A stretch of DNA of 60,922 nucleotides, the filler included, from Rhabdomonas costata (Eukaryota): NCBI GenBank assembly GCA_019059605.1. It is 16 parts of 16 records of this genome, joined end to end, with 100 filler letters (N's around TTAATTAATTAA, not from the genome) between each part and the next. Parts side by side here need not be neighbours in the genome. Positions count along the whole stretch, not along the records: positions 49,628 to 53,325 come from JAHMHO010000597.1; positions 53,426 to 57,124 come from JAHMHO010000598.1; positions 57,225 to 60,922 come from JAHMHO010000599.1; 13 more parts are not named here. One strand, written 5' to 3'. Both the position numbers and the translations under genes were made by a program. Below, piece by piece: positions 50,251 to 60,922 of the stretch; within the stretch, counting starts at the first letter, position 1, and each line of letters begins with the position of its first letter. The notes under the pieces are model-generated. The model was not told the origin of the DNA. It ran no database searches and was given only the letters and a program-made list of their open reading frames with translations.

Positions 50251-53172
50251 TCAGGCCAGGCAGTCCGCAATGTCCGCGGACAACGCCGAGTAATTCACCG
50301 ACACTCTCTGCGGCAGTGCGGAAGGCCCACCCCCAGGCCCGGAGGCCGCCGCCGCGGAAGCAACCGAGACCGAGGAGGGCGGGGGCAGCTGCTGGCTGGC
50401 CAGGCTCTCGCGGTTGTCATACCTCCAGAAGGCCTTGTGGTCGACCAGGAGGCTGATGATGGTGTCGCGGTTGCGGCACTGCTCGAGGTCCCTCTTCTGC
50501 ACCGTCATGTTGGCCCGGGGGTTGATCATGTCTAGGATCTGTGGGTGGGGCAAGCCGGAAGCGAGGATATCCACCCACAAACATTGCGTGGGACAGATAC
50601 ACACTTCGGCACTCAGCAGGGCCCCTGGATCAAGGTCAGACAGAAGTTTATGCTTTTATGTCCGAAATTTTTGCGCTTCTTTTTGCTTTTCTTTCTCACC
50701 CTGGGTTTTGGATTTCTTCCTCGTTCATATTTTAGCTTAATTAGTTTTTACCACCGTAAAATAGTCTAATCCTGCTTACCAGAAACCATCAGAGGCTTCC
50801 CAAATTGACCCCGCGACTCTCATGCAGAAGCAGATTCACCGCAGCGGACAGCCCCTGGTTTTTGGCATTCCATCACCCCCCCCCTCGCAGATCTGAATCT
50901 CCTCACAGCTTCACCGACAAGCGAAAACCGCTCACCACTGATATCACTGACCTCAGCACGAGCTAATAACTTTCCCCACAGCCATCACTAACATCAGCGC
51001 TTATTGACACACAGTCGGGTTTACACCTCTGACGTACGAAATTACACCCGCACCAATCCACCTCAATGACGACGTCCTCCAGCCCAGGGGGGTCCACGTT
51101 GTTCTCCACCAGCCTGGCCTGCACCTCGCGGAAGAACATCTTCAGCACCAATGGGGTGAGGTAGCCCTCCCCGTGCAGATCCAGCACCCTCCAGAAGAAG
51201 TCAAATGCGGGCTTACTCGCCGGGTTCTCCACACACAGCACAAACTCGATGTAGTTGTTGTGGTCCATCTTCCCGCCAAACGTCTGGCTCACCTGCAACA
51301 CCAGCGCTCCGATAACAGCAACCACGATAAACTGATTGGGTTTCTGGCACTCCTACCGCAGTGAACCTTCTTTCCCTTTATGTCTCCTTCTTGAGGATGA
51401 TCACTATTTATGATGTCTTGGAGCTCTGCAGTGATGATTTGAAGCTTCGGGACTGGCTAAAGGGCTATGGAGTTCTCAAGGAGCCTCCAAGTAAGTGCTC
51501 AAAGTCAAAGGGGGTTAGGAAGTGATGTACGTGTCCCCTGGAACATGATCATTAGTCTCGCATGGGGTTAGGGAGCGGTGCAGCTGTCCCGGAAAAAAGG
51601 TTCATTGCGGTAGGTATGCCGGGTTTCTGTCTTTTGCGGTGCAGCTTTCGAGCCTCTCACAACAGCGGCCATTGGAGCAGCTGAATGCCCTGAAACATAC
51701 ACAACACGTCCAAAAGGAGACAGGGCGAACAGAATAGAAGTGCAGAGCACAGGTTTCCGGGCAAGTGGAGGACAGGACACAAGCATAGTGCACGCGTCAC
51801 CCAGCAAAAAAATGAGCCAGAACCCTCGAAGCACTTCCGACTCCGATGGTCTCGATCCATTGAGGAATCGGGAAATGACCTCAATAACCCCCCCCTCCCG
51901 TTCACTCCATCCCAATACAAACCTCGAAGATAATACAGGACAGCCACAGCGTAATGTTACGACACTACGGAAGCCTTCAACTCACCCACCAAAGTCCAAA
52001 AGTATGGTATGCGGTAGGGCGGAACGCCCAACAGGCATTGATCGTTGTCGCCGCACAATATTCAGGAAGAACAGCAGCACAATGGTAAAAAAAAAGGGAG
52101 CGGGGGGGCAGAACGGCTGGACAAAGTGAATTGCGCGACCGCTGGTGTGAACAAATGGGACTGGAAGTGGAAGGACGTTGGGATGGACCGGCCATAAATG
52201 TGGGCAATAAATTTCCTTTTTTTGCGCGGGAAAGGAAACAGAACCGCCGCGGATGTCGCGAAAAAATGTTGCTTCATCTGCTGTTTCACACATAGGGTTA
52301 TCGTTTGCGGATTTCAGGCTTTTTGCTGCAAGAAAAAAGTGACAGGCTGGAAACCCAATTACCGCGAAGCAACGGGGGATTGGAGGTTGATTGTTCATAG
52401 TATCAAATATGCACGCAAGAGATGGATGTCAGTTGGCAGTACGAAAGAAGAACTACAGGAACCAAACGAGCGAGGGGCCAATTGAGTTGGTGCTGAGGTG
52501 CTGAGGTGCTGAGGGCGGTACTGTACCCAGGGCTGTGAGGAAAACAATGAGATCACGAAGAAGGAGGAAGGGTGGAGACCTCGAAGACGCGGTCGATGAA
52601 CAGCCTGGTGAACGCGCCGTCGTTATAGCCGTACAGCTCCGTGCGACTGAGCATCCCGTCGTGGTCGGAGTCCAGCTGCAAGTAGTGCTGGTAGAACTTG
52701 TCCATGGTAGTCGCCGCAAACCAGTTCCCAAAGGGGTCGTCATCCTTCCGCATCCCCCCACCCGTACTTTCGTCAAGTTCTTTTCGTCCGTGGGATAAGA
52801 AACCAAAACCGCCCGTGAATACCGCGACTTTGCTGCACATGCAGAGATTTGCTGTTTCACAGATGATCATTTTTGTGACTTGAGCCCTGACTGACAAAGT
52901 GAAAAGTTTGGAACCACAACCATCACAAAGCGCGTGGGTGGGGTGAGGTGAGGGGCAGACCTCGGTGACGTTCTGGAGGTCCAGCAGCTCCCCCATGACG
53001 GGGCTCTGCATGGCGGCGTCGATGGAGATGTGCCCACGCTTCTGCGGATCCAGGAAGAAGAAGAACTTCCGCACCGCCCCGCAGACGTAGAACGGGTAGA
53101 AGTGCTCCGGCAGCCGCGAGAGCACGGGCAGAGTGGGGATCAGCTCATAGAAGTAGTTCTCCAGGTCAGACT
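50251..53172 (-). CDS. PPP2R3C: PP2A regulatory subunit B'' gamma-like (PPP2R3C/TON2 family), 5'-truncated; exons 52961-53172, 52580-52744, 51062-51292, 50251-50538
   Basis: SDLENY.YELIPTL, FY.FYVC.AVRKFFFFLDP, NWF, YLQLDSDHDGMLS, LFIDRVFE, GKMD..YIEFVL..EN, ILDMINP, AFWRYDNRE. Confidence 0.93.
51346..51620 (+). mobile_element. Merlin-family MITE (275 bp) inside a PP2A B'' intron
   Basis: TIRs GGCACTCCTACCGCAGTGAACCTT and AAGGTTCATTGCGGTAGGTATGCC; perfect 8-bp TSD GGGTTTCT; transposase start YDVLELCSDDLKLRDWLKGYGVLKEPPSKCSK. Confidence 0.9.
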
Positions 53173-53425
53173 CTGAAGAGCACGGACACGCACCTTAGCC
53201 CCAGCGCAGCATAGCAAGAACCATCCGGCAAACGGCGAAACCTCTAAGGAAGAAAATGATTCAATTGCAGTGAGAGAACATCCAAAAATGACGTGCCCCG
53301 ATTGCGGACGGCAAGCCCACCCACANNNNNNNNNNNNNNNNNNNNNNNNNNNNNNNNNNNNNNNNNNNNTTAATTAATTAANNNNNNNNNNNNNNNNNNN
53401 NNNNNNNNNNNNNNNNNNNNNNNNN

Positions 53426-53552
53426 ATTCATGCTTCTTTGTGACGGACTTTCATCGCGAGCTGCTGCAACAGCATTTTCTGTGACTCTGACAGAGCATTC
53501 AATCGCGAAGTTTTGGCAGGAACTCACATGGGAGCTGCATTGCAGAAGGATG
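53426..53552. repeat. 127-bp terminal direct repeat of contig 15 (second copy 56998-57124)
   Basis: Identical sequence at both contig ends. Confidence 0.95.
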
Positions 53553-53618
53553 TGCAAGTTCTGCTTCCGCCGACGTCCCGCTTTTGCACTTTCTGTCGCC
53601 CTTGTGTGCTTGAGTGAG

Positions 53619-53854
53619 GTGAACGCGACCATCTCTGAAAACATGGACAAGGTTAGAACTCGGAGGGAGGTGAGGAGTTGCGTCGGACGGTCACAGTTGT
53701 AGCCGGCGTTTTGGGTTGCTGATTGGAATAGGAGCTGGACTACAGCGAGGACGACGCGGAATTTCTCTTTCGCGTCGAAAGCTGCAGCCCAGACACAGTT
53801 TACACCCGGGGAGTAGTAAAGCAGCGGCTGCTGCGAGCTTCGGTATACGACTAA
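53619..53854 (+). CDS. Exons 2-3 (53619-53651, 53732-53854) of a small gene whose exon 1 lies at 56737-56925
   Basis: AG/GT-bounded phase-0 exons VNATISENMDK and ELDYSEDDAEFLFRVESCSPD...VYD*. Confidence 0.65.
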
Positions 53855-55195
53855 GATGCGGTATCCCCCTCCGTCGGGTTTCCCTTTTCCACCGCCTCTT
53901 TGCATTCTATCCAATACTTTTCGTTTCCTGCGGTTGGTTTTGTACGAGGGATTACCTACTTTGTGAGGTTCCCGTCCCGGCTGGCATGGGCCACATGAGC
54001 TCCTGTGTTGTTTCTGATATGGCTGAAACCTTGTCTCTTACTTTGTACCCATAACTCTGAAGACTATAGTGTGGGCCAATTCCCCTCTTCTCGATCCCTG
54101 AGATTCCCCCCCTCCCTTCAGTGATGACGTTGTCCATGTTTGTGGGGCCTGCATTGGCGTTGCCCCTTTTCCTCTTTCCTTCTCAATCTGACCTGAGCAG
54201 TCTGCAGATTGTGGCCCCTTGGCTGCGTGAAGAGCTGTGAGAGCCCTTAGAGCTTTACAGCTTCCAGCTGCCTTCCTGGTCGAATCTGCCATTCTGCCTT
54301 CTTCTCTCTGTTCTCTTCAGTGAAAGCGCCTCCTTTCTTGCGTATGAAGCCCAATGTGCACATTGCGGCCACTGATCCGCATCGTTGCATTTTTGGCTGG
54401 TGACTGCCTGGAAGTGTGGGATATAGGGTTTTCTTGAAGCAACTGTGTCTGAGCGAGATTGGACATGGTCTAATGCAACTGGAATGCGGCCTTTTTTATT
54501 AGCTTTTTTGATCCCATTCCCAACAGTGATCCACACCGCTTGAATGATTGCATAACCCTAACGTGTGATACTTGCCCTTTAATACTGGAGGAGGCGAGTT
54601 GGCATTTGTTGGGTGGTTCCGGTTTTCGACGTTCTTCTTGTAAATCCTGGTAATTCTGGAATGCTTCCGCCAGGCCGGATTACTACTGGTTGAGGGCAGT
54701 CACAGAGCCACAGTCATCGACCCACATTGATGTATTTGATGTGCACGCGTGGGACGTTTTGCGCCGCAGAAGGCGTATTTCCCAACAACCCCATATCAGT
54801 CTCCTTTTGACGTCGGCGTCATGCAAATGATACAGCGGCAGTTCCATCTCGATCGCTATGCAACAAGCAAGTTATCATATGAGGTTGGGCGAACATAGCT
54901 GCCGAGTGCACTTACGCTCCTGGACCCCACCTTTCCTTTTTTTTCAGGTTGGATGGCTGTTAGTAGTTGGTCCCCAGAGAAGTTCGCATGAACTGGAATC
55001 ACCACGTGGCTGTTGCGGCCCCGAACAAGCAATTAGCTTACCTAACCGTAAATGTGTCGCCATCTTCCTTACCATATTCTCCGCGGCCCAAGATTCTAGG
55101 TGTTTTTTCGAATCATATTGTCCCCGGCTCGTTTCCCTTGCTGTTTATAGGTAGAGAGACAATATCTTGCCCGTCGGAAAGACCAAAATGTGCAT

Positions 55196-56456
55196 GGCAT
55201 ACCTTCAGCAGTGAACCTTTTGGAACATGGGGAACATGTGCATCGTCCTCGAAACCCCTGCGAGATCAAAATTCTTGTCCTTGGGGACACGTTCATCGCT
55301 TCCCAACCTCCACCCAGGATCTTGGACCGCGGGGCGCAGCGAATCAAAAAACAGTCCTCATGGACGTTCTTCATGTAAATCCTGGTAATCCCAGCTCCCG
55401 CCAGTTGAATGTGGTCCCCACGAACCTTGACGCATCTGAGTGCATTGCGTTCGCGTGGGTCGTTTTGTTGGCTGCGCCGCAGAAGGTATTGTCCTGTCCA
55501 ACCGCTGGCCTATGCCGTCCATTTTGGAATTCCGAGAACCGGCATATGAATGAGGACTTGGGAAGGGAAGGGAAGCCTCAACTTCCTGCCCCTTTAATTC
55601 GGCTTTAACCAGGTAGTCTCCAGGGCCGACAGAGGATCTGGTGCCACTTGCCAGTGAGGGAGTGGCAATTACACCGCTTGCTGCAGTTAAAGTAGCGCTT
55701 TGGTCTAGAAGGATTTTTGTGCTGCGTTTCCCAGTGTAATCATTAGGTTTCAGGTTGGTTTTTCCTTTGAGAGGTCTTAAACCCCGTGTTGGTTTTCAGT
55801 TGTTGCTTCATGTTTGGTTCTGGGGGCATATGTGACTGCAAATTTCGAGGAAAGCCGAAAAAATGTTTGGGTTGATGTGATTTCTGCGCAAGCCTGGAAA
55901 GTTTTTGGAAAACCAGCTTTTCATCAAATCATTCATATGCAGTGGTTGAAGTAATGAGGATGGCACTACCGGGGTTGACGTCCTTATGGGGGAAACTGGC
56001 AAATTATACCTTACCCGCTGCTTCTGAAAAATTTGACCTGTTCTTACATGATTACTTGGCAGTTTTTTCCTAGGGCGAACGAGGCTTTTCTGCGTGGGCT
56101 GTGGTCTCGCAGCTGCAAAGATTGCGGCAGAAGGAGGTGGAACACCGGGATTCGATCGAACTCTGAAAATACCTGTCGTAGGGGGAACCTGGCAAAGTAT
56201 ACTTCACCCTTACATAACAACCGGAACTCTTAGACCGCACTTCTGGTCAGTGCACACCAGCCCAGGCTTGCCCCTGTACACACTGGCCTTCAGCTCGGAG
56301 CCACATTTCGAGCACTTAGAGGACTCTCGGAGAATCCATAACATGTTAGCCACTCTCGGAAGTTTGTTCTCACTTCAGTGGTCCAGGACATCATAAAGTG
56401 TCGACCTGAGCACAAAAAGGAGCTTTAAAGAAAAGGTTCACTTCTGAAGGAGAGCC
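55196..56456 (-). mobile_element. Merlin-family element (1261 bp) with unrelated internal DNA
   Basis: TIRs GGCATACCTTCAGCAGTGAACCTTTT and AAAAGGTTCACTTCTGAAGGAGAGCC; TSD ATGTGCAT/ATGTGCTT; 56205-56440 aligns by eye to 10895-11130. Confidence 0.8.
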
Positions 56457-56736
56457 ATGTGCTTGAATACACGGCGCCCTTCGGCATTCTTGCTCAACGC
56501 GGAAATGTTCGAGAGCATTTGTGACAAAACCCACACTGGTTACCAGCAGTTCCAGTTCTCTTGAAAAATGCTTGCAAGCACTTCTGACTACAGGCAATTT
56601 GCATCTAGGCAGAGGGTCAGCCCTAGTGTGCGTGGGTGTTGTGAAGGTCCTATCGCATCGTTTGGGAAAGGGTTTTCCTTTGGCCCTTCTGCACTCAGAT
56701 AGTTCCCTCTTGTTGCTTCTCTTTTGTGGGGTGCAA

Positions 56737-56925
56737 ATGATTCACCGCCTCCTTCCCCGGCTCGCCGCGATGCTGGCCCCGCGCCGACTTCCCCCGGCGC
56801 CCCAGGTCTTTGTAGTGTACACTGAGCCCCTGGGCTTTGTCGGGACGCGGCCTGGGCGGCTGATGGTGCACGGGCTGTTTAGCAGCCGAGAAAAGGCGGA
56901 GGAGGCCGTTGAGATGGTGAAGAAG
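56737..56925 (+). CDS. Exon 1 of a 114-aa protein of unknown function, with a possible mitochondrial presequence
   Basis: MIHRLLPRLAAMLAPRR...VFVVY...HGLFSSREKAEEAVEMVKK, then a phase-0 GT donor. Confidence 0.65.
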
Positions 56926-57298
56926 GTTTCTTTTCCTTTCTCCTTCCCCATCTTCTCCAGCTTTTCCTCCGCCTTGTCCGTTTTTGCCCCCCCACCCATT
57001 CATGCTTCTTTGTGACGGACTTTCATCGCGAGCTGCTGCAACAGCATTTTCTGTGACTCTGACAGAGCATTCAATCGCGAAGTTTTGGCAGGAACTCACA
57101 TGGGAGCTGCATTGCAGAAGGATGNNNNNNNNNNNNNNNNNNNNNNNNNNNNNNNNNNNNNNNNNNNNTTAATTAATTAANNNNNNNNNNNNNNNNNNNN
57201 NNNNNNNNNNNNNNNNNNNNNNNNGGTTGGTGTGTTTGGGTGGTGGGGGGTGGTGATGCGTGTGGGCCTCTTTCGTTTAAGACCCTGATAGAGAAAAG

Positions 57299-57508
57299 GT
57301 GAGCACCGAGGTGGCTTTGGCAAGGGTCCTGTTCCAGCAGCCATTGCGAAATAGAGAACGCTTCCCGATAGAGCGGAGTTGGTTCTTCCGGGATGACAAG
57401 AAGGGCTCCCCCACTGCGGTGTCGATTCTGATCAACAACCTGAGGAGCTCGTTGTGTGGAACACACGGGGAGAGTTACGAGTGGATCACCATCGACAGCT
57501 CCGAGTAG
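57299..57508 (+). CDS. Candidate terminal exon of an unknown protein
   Basis: AAG acceptor, 69 open codons with coding-like bias, stop TAG. Confidence 0.4.
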   Translation: MSTEVALARVLFQQPLRNRERFPIERSWFFRDDKKGSPTAVSILINNLRSSLCGTHGESYEWITIDSSE

Positions 57509-57949
57509 TCCGCCACCGCTTCCAACAGGTTCTTTGTGACGGAAGAGAGCCGCTGCTTGAGGTCCGCCACACGCGAAGTAAAAAGGCGGCCTCACACTAA
57601 AGCAGGACGGAGACGTAGGATTACCCTTGTTCCGCTTCTGCCACAGGTGCAGATGAGCAGCAGCGTCACGAGTTGCCCCAAAAGCGCCTTTGTAAGTGCG
57701 ACTTGAAATCATGGTCGGAGTCACCCGATTATCAGGAGCAGCGCCTTTTGCCATCAACTGTGATCTGATTGGACAGGGACCGTAAAGGCGAGGGCATAGA
57801 ACAGGATAAAGATGCTCCAGGTGATGTGGATCGTTTGGCTTTCAAGTTGTATGGTAAGCCAGTCCACGTCCGCGTGAATAAATGATAGTAGTGAGTGTAA
57901 AAAGAGACCCACAGATATTTGCAAAATGTTCCGGAGAACCCAATCCGCA

Positions 57950-58600
57950 GATAATGCTGTCAGTGCAGTCCCTCGTTCCTGACAAACACGGACCCAAATC
58001 TCATGTGAAAAATGTGCGCAGTCTGATAAATCAGAAGCATCGCATAACTTGAAAGCATGAACGTCGTTCTCGTGGTAGCCACAGACATGGTGCTGGGCTG
58101 AGGAACTCACTGTTTTTTGAAGAGCCGCAACCTGGTGCACCGGCACGCGCACGGGAAGTCCACCTCAAAACGGATATAGGAGACGTGTAGATGAACTGAA
58201 CGCCAACCACTGTGGGCGAGCGAAGGACATAACAGGAGGCAGTCCAATCGATGTCAACCCGAGTGGATTAAGTAGCCGAAACCAGTGCCGACGCTTGGAT
58301 CATGTAGAGAGCTGCGATTGCCACCATATTGAGTCAACAACACTAACTTGATCGCAAATCCAAACGCCTCTGGCATCACCACATTGCACGGCATGCTCAA
58401 GGGAGTGATCCAACGTGTAGGTCATTTTTCCAGAGCGTCGGCATGCTCATTCCCCAACGTCTTGATGTTAGAGTTATTGCGCCATAATTCATCGTGCGCC
58501 TTGACATTCTCAATGATGGGTGTTAGGTGGAAATTATTCCAGTGAACTCCCCGGTTGTGTTCAGGTAGACCAACAAACTGTGTTTTTCCGACGGCGATTG
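57950..58600 (-). mobile_element. Decayed non-LTR retrotransposon 3' region (RNase H end plus CCHC knuckle)
   Basis: ENVKAH...GNEHADAL followed downstream by HVCGYHENDVHAFKLC. Confidence 0.55.
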
Positions 58601-59299
58601 ACACTGCAGGACCAGACTGGCTAGGGCGCCTCCACCGACCGCCTACAGGACAATGTTTGAAAGTGCCGTTTGTTTATTCGATCGACCAAATGAACGTAAA
58701 AATGGTAGGAGTGGAAATATTTTCTGACCACAACAACCCAGAAGAAGCAAAAATGGGCTGTAGGTTTCGGGTATTTTTGTGTGCAAAGCGCGACCACTAC
58801 ACCGCATATTAAGAAGTTCGTTTCTAATTTCCAGTGGACATCCAACTCATTCCACCACCACAGTGCGACTTAGGGAGCACTTTACGGCGATACCATTTTT
58901 ATAAAAAACAAAAAAGCGTGCGTTTATTCCGTTTGGTTCATCTTCTTGCTGCTTGTCACAGTCTCGCAAAAAAACAGCATACTGGAGCACATGAAATTGA
59001 AAATCGGCACCTTTTCCACCGCAATATTTGCAGAGTTGTCTAACGTTGGTCCTAATTCCGCCACGTTCTAATCCCTGTTCTATTCACCCAAGCCTATTTT
59101 CCAATATGCACACCTCGAAAATAAAGAACAATCTCCACAAAAAGCCCACAGATGACCAACATTCTTCACACCAATCATCTGACCGATCACCCGAGCACCC
59201 GCCGCACCCAGATAATGAAATCCATCAAGAGCCTCATTTCCACCAGTGCGGCGGGCAATTGTTGACGATGTTGGTTTTTGTGCATCACAAAAAACAGAT

Positions 59300-60260
59300 T
59301 CGGAGCGCCAAAGGCCTCTGCGACTCGCTTGCTATCAGATTCGCCAGATTTGCACTTGGTGTAGGAGGATACGGTCACTGTGAGTGCAGGAAAGTTGACA
59401 CCTGGAGCCACGTTGTTCATATTCTGCTGGAGAGTTTCCTGCACGCTGACCTCAACACCAAGCTTCTGACACAGCTGTACACTCTGCATATTCAAAGCAA
59501 TAATCTGAATACATATTACGCCCAATTTCAGGACTGCCACCAGTACCTGAACGAGCGAACACTGATCACTGCCTTTGCTCAAAGTCTAGAGTTGTTTTTG
59601 ATTTACCCAGTTGCCACATATCAACCTGAAACGCTGTAGGCAGCGTTTGAATTAGCGTGGAATGCCCATTTGTGACCATCCACACCTTTGGAAAACTCCC
59701 AGAAGCAGACTCTCTACAACGTGAACAACCATCCGGATATATTCTCCCAAGAATCGGGTCGCTGTATCAATTATCAGAGCAATCAGCTCCGCAAGGCTTG
59801 TCAACCTTCCACGACCTGGTGATAACAAAAGAGATCAAGAAGTTTAAGACATACTTTTTGAATACGATACTTATTGTCACAAAGTTGTCACCTGGTCGCC
59901 AACAGTTGTGAACAAACGGCCACCTGGTGACGCTCCGTGGTCAGCTGAAACCACAACCAGCCAGACAATTGGGACATCAATTTCTGAGTGGTGTAGCAGC
60001 CAAGAAGATTTTCCAACATCACCGGAGTCCCAGGAAATGAAGAAATGAAATGTCACAGGAACCAAACAGAGAACACCGACAAACACAAGGCATGAAAATC
60101 TCCAGAATAGCACAGACATCTTGTTGAGCGTCCTTTTCGGTTGGATATCTTGGTAAACCCCAGTTTTAATCATCCATGTAGCCGGGCTGTCCGGAGCCAG
60201 ACCATCCAAGATCCAGCCATATTATGGCGGTACCCAAGTGTTGGAGAATGGTCTTTCCAT
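59300..60260 (+). mobile_element. Decayed Ty3/Gypsy element (gag remnant plus GPY/F-like integrase tail)
   Basis: TWSHVVHILLESFL...QLYTLHIQSNNLNTYYAQF...LITAFAQSL...YQPETL*AA is retrotransposon-gag-like; SKIQPYYGGTQVLE lies near 60200. Confidence 0.55.
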
Positions 60261-60556
60261 GCCGTGGCTTTCATACTCGGGTCAGTTTCTTTTTGCGTTC
60301 ATTTTGGATGGAAATGAAGACAAAGTTGAAAAGACGCAGTTCGGTATGAGAGGAGGATCACCCGGTGTCAAAACGTTGAGTGTAGGGCATCCATCGAATC
60401 CACGATTTTACCTCAAAATTTAATGAGGTTGCGGACACCGCTCCGCACGGGAATCCGCGGAGGCTGCTTCGCGCTTCCCACACCACATGGTTTTCACACG
60501 GGCAACCGGCGGGAACCAGGAGCCAAGACGGGCTATTCACCATGGCGTGGACGCCC

Positions 60557-60634
60557 CGACCCGGTACGGAAATCGAACCCGCGACCTTGCGGCCACGAGC
60601 CCGGCCCCAAGATCACTAAGAAATAAGACCTGCC
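60557..60634 (-). pseudogene. Degenerate tRNA-like sequence (pseudo-tRNA or SINE head)
   Basis: GCCGGGCTCGTGGCCGCAAGGTCGCGGGTTCGATTTCCG contains a B-box/T-arm, but the D-arm and acceptor stem are poor. Confidence 0.3.
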
Positions 60635-60922
60635 ATGTCTGATTCCTCGTTGCCCGCGTTGTCCTTGGCAAAGGCCTGACTCGCAACTCTCGTCCGATTC
60701 TTTCCCAATACCCTTCTCAAAACTGAGGCTATACAAAATAAACGTTGCACTACGAGAATGTCCTTTGGAATGGAATGGTGTTTCCCCCATTTTTGGGCGC
60801 AAGAAAAAGTCCCTATCCTATCCAGTTTTCTTCCCTCCAAATCCCGGGTCTCGAAGGAGGGAAGAAAACTGGATAGGATAGGGACTTTTTCTTGCGCCCA
60901 AAAATGGGGGAAACACCACCAC

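Noticed and set aside
60776-60918. About 63-bp perfect inverted repeat
   Set aside because: Same terminal fold-back pattern as the other two.

Overview
The window is not one locus. It is 16 unrelated contigs of about 3.7 kb, joined by artificial N44-TTAATTAATTAA-N44 spacers. Many contig ends carry G/T-only tails typical of whole-genome-amplification primers. Fifteen contigs look like nuclear DNA of an intron-rich protist; a euglenozoan-like origin is my inference from the receptor adenylate cyclase types. They hold spliced fragments of RCD1/CNOT9, an LCIB/theta-carbonic anhydrase, two class III adenylate cyclase-type genes, a ZIP transporter, a PRMT, PEX16, a BK-like K+ channel, a hybrid histidine kinase and PP2A B''. 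They also hold decayed Gypsy and non-LTR remnants and three copies of a Merlin DNA transposon family with TIRs and 8-bp TSDs. Contig 2 (3908-7638) is the outlier: AT-rich, intronless and gene-dense. It encodes a papain-like protease, an MSV199-like protein and small ORFans, and its transcription units end in long hairpins, as in Mimivirus and virophages. It is the best candidate for an undescribed virus or virophage-like element. Two contigs have 127-bp terminal direct repeats, and in one of them a three-exon gene reads across the junction.
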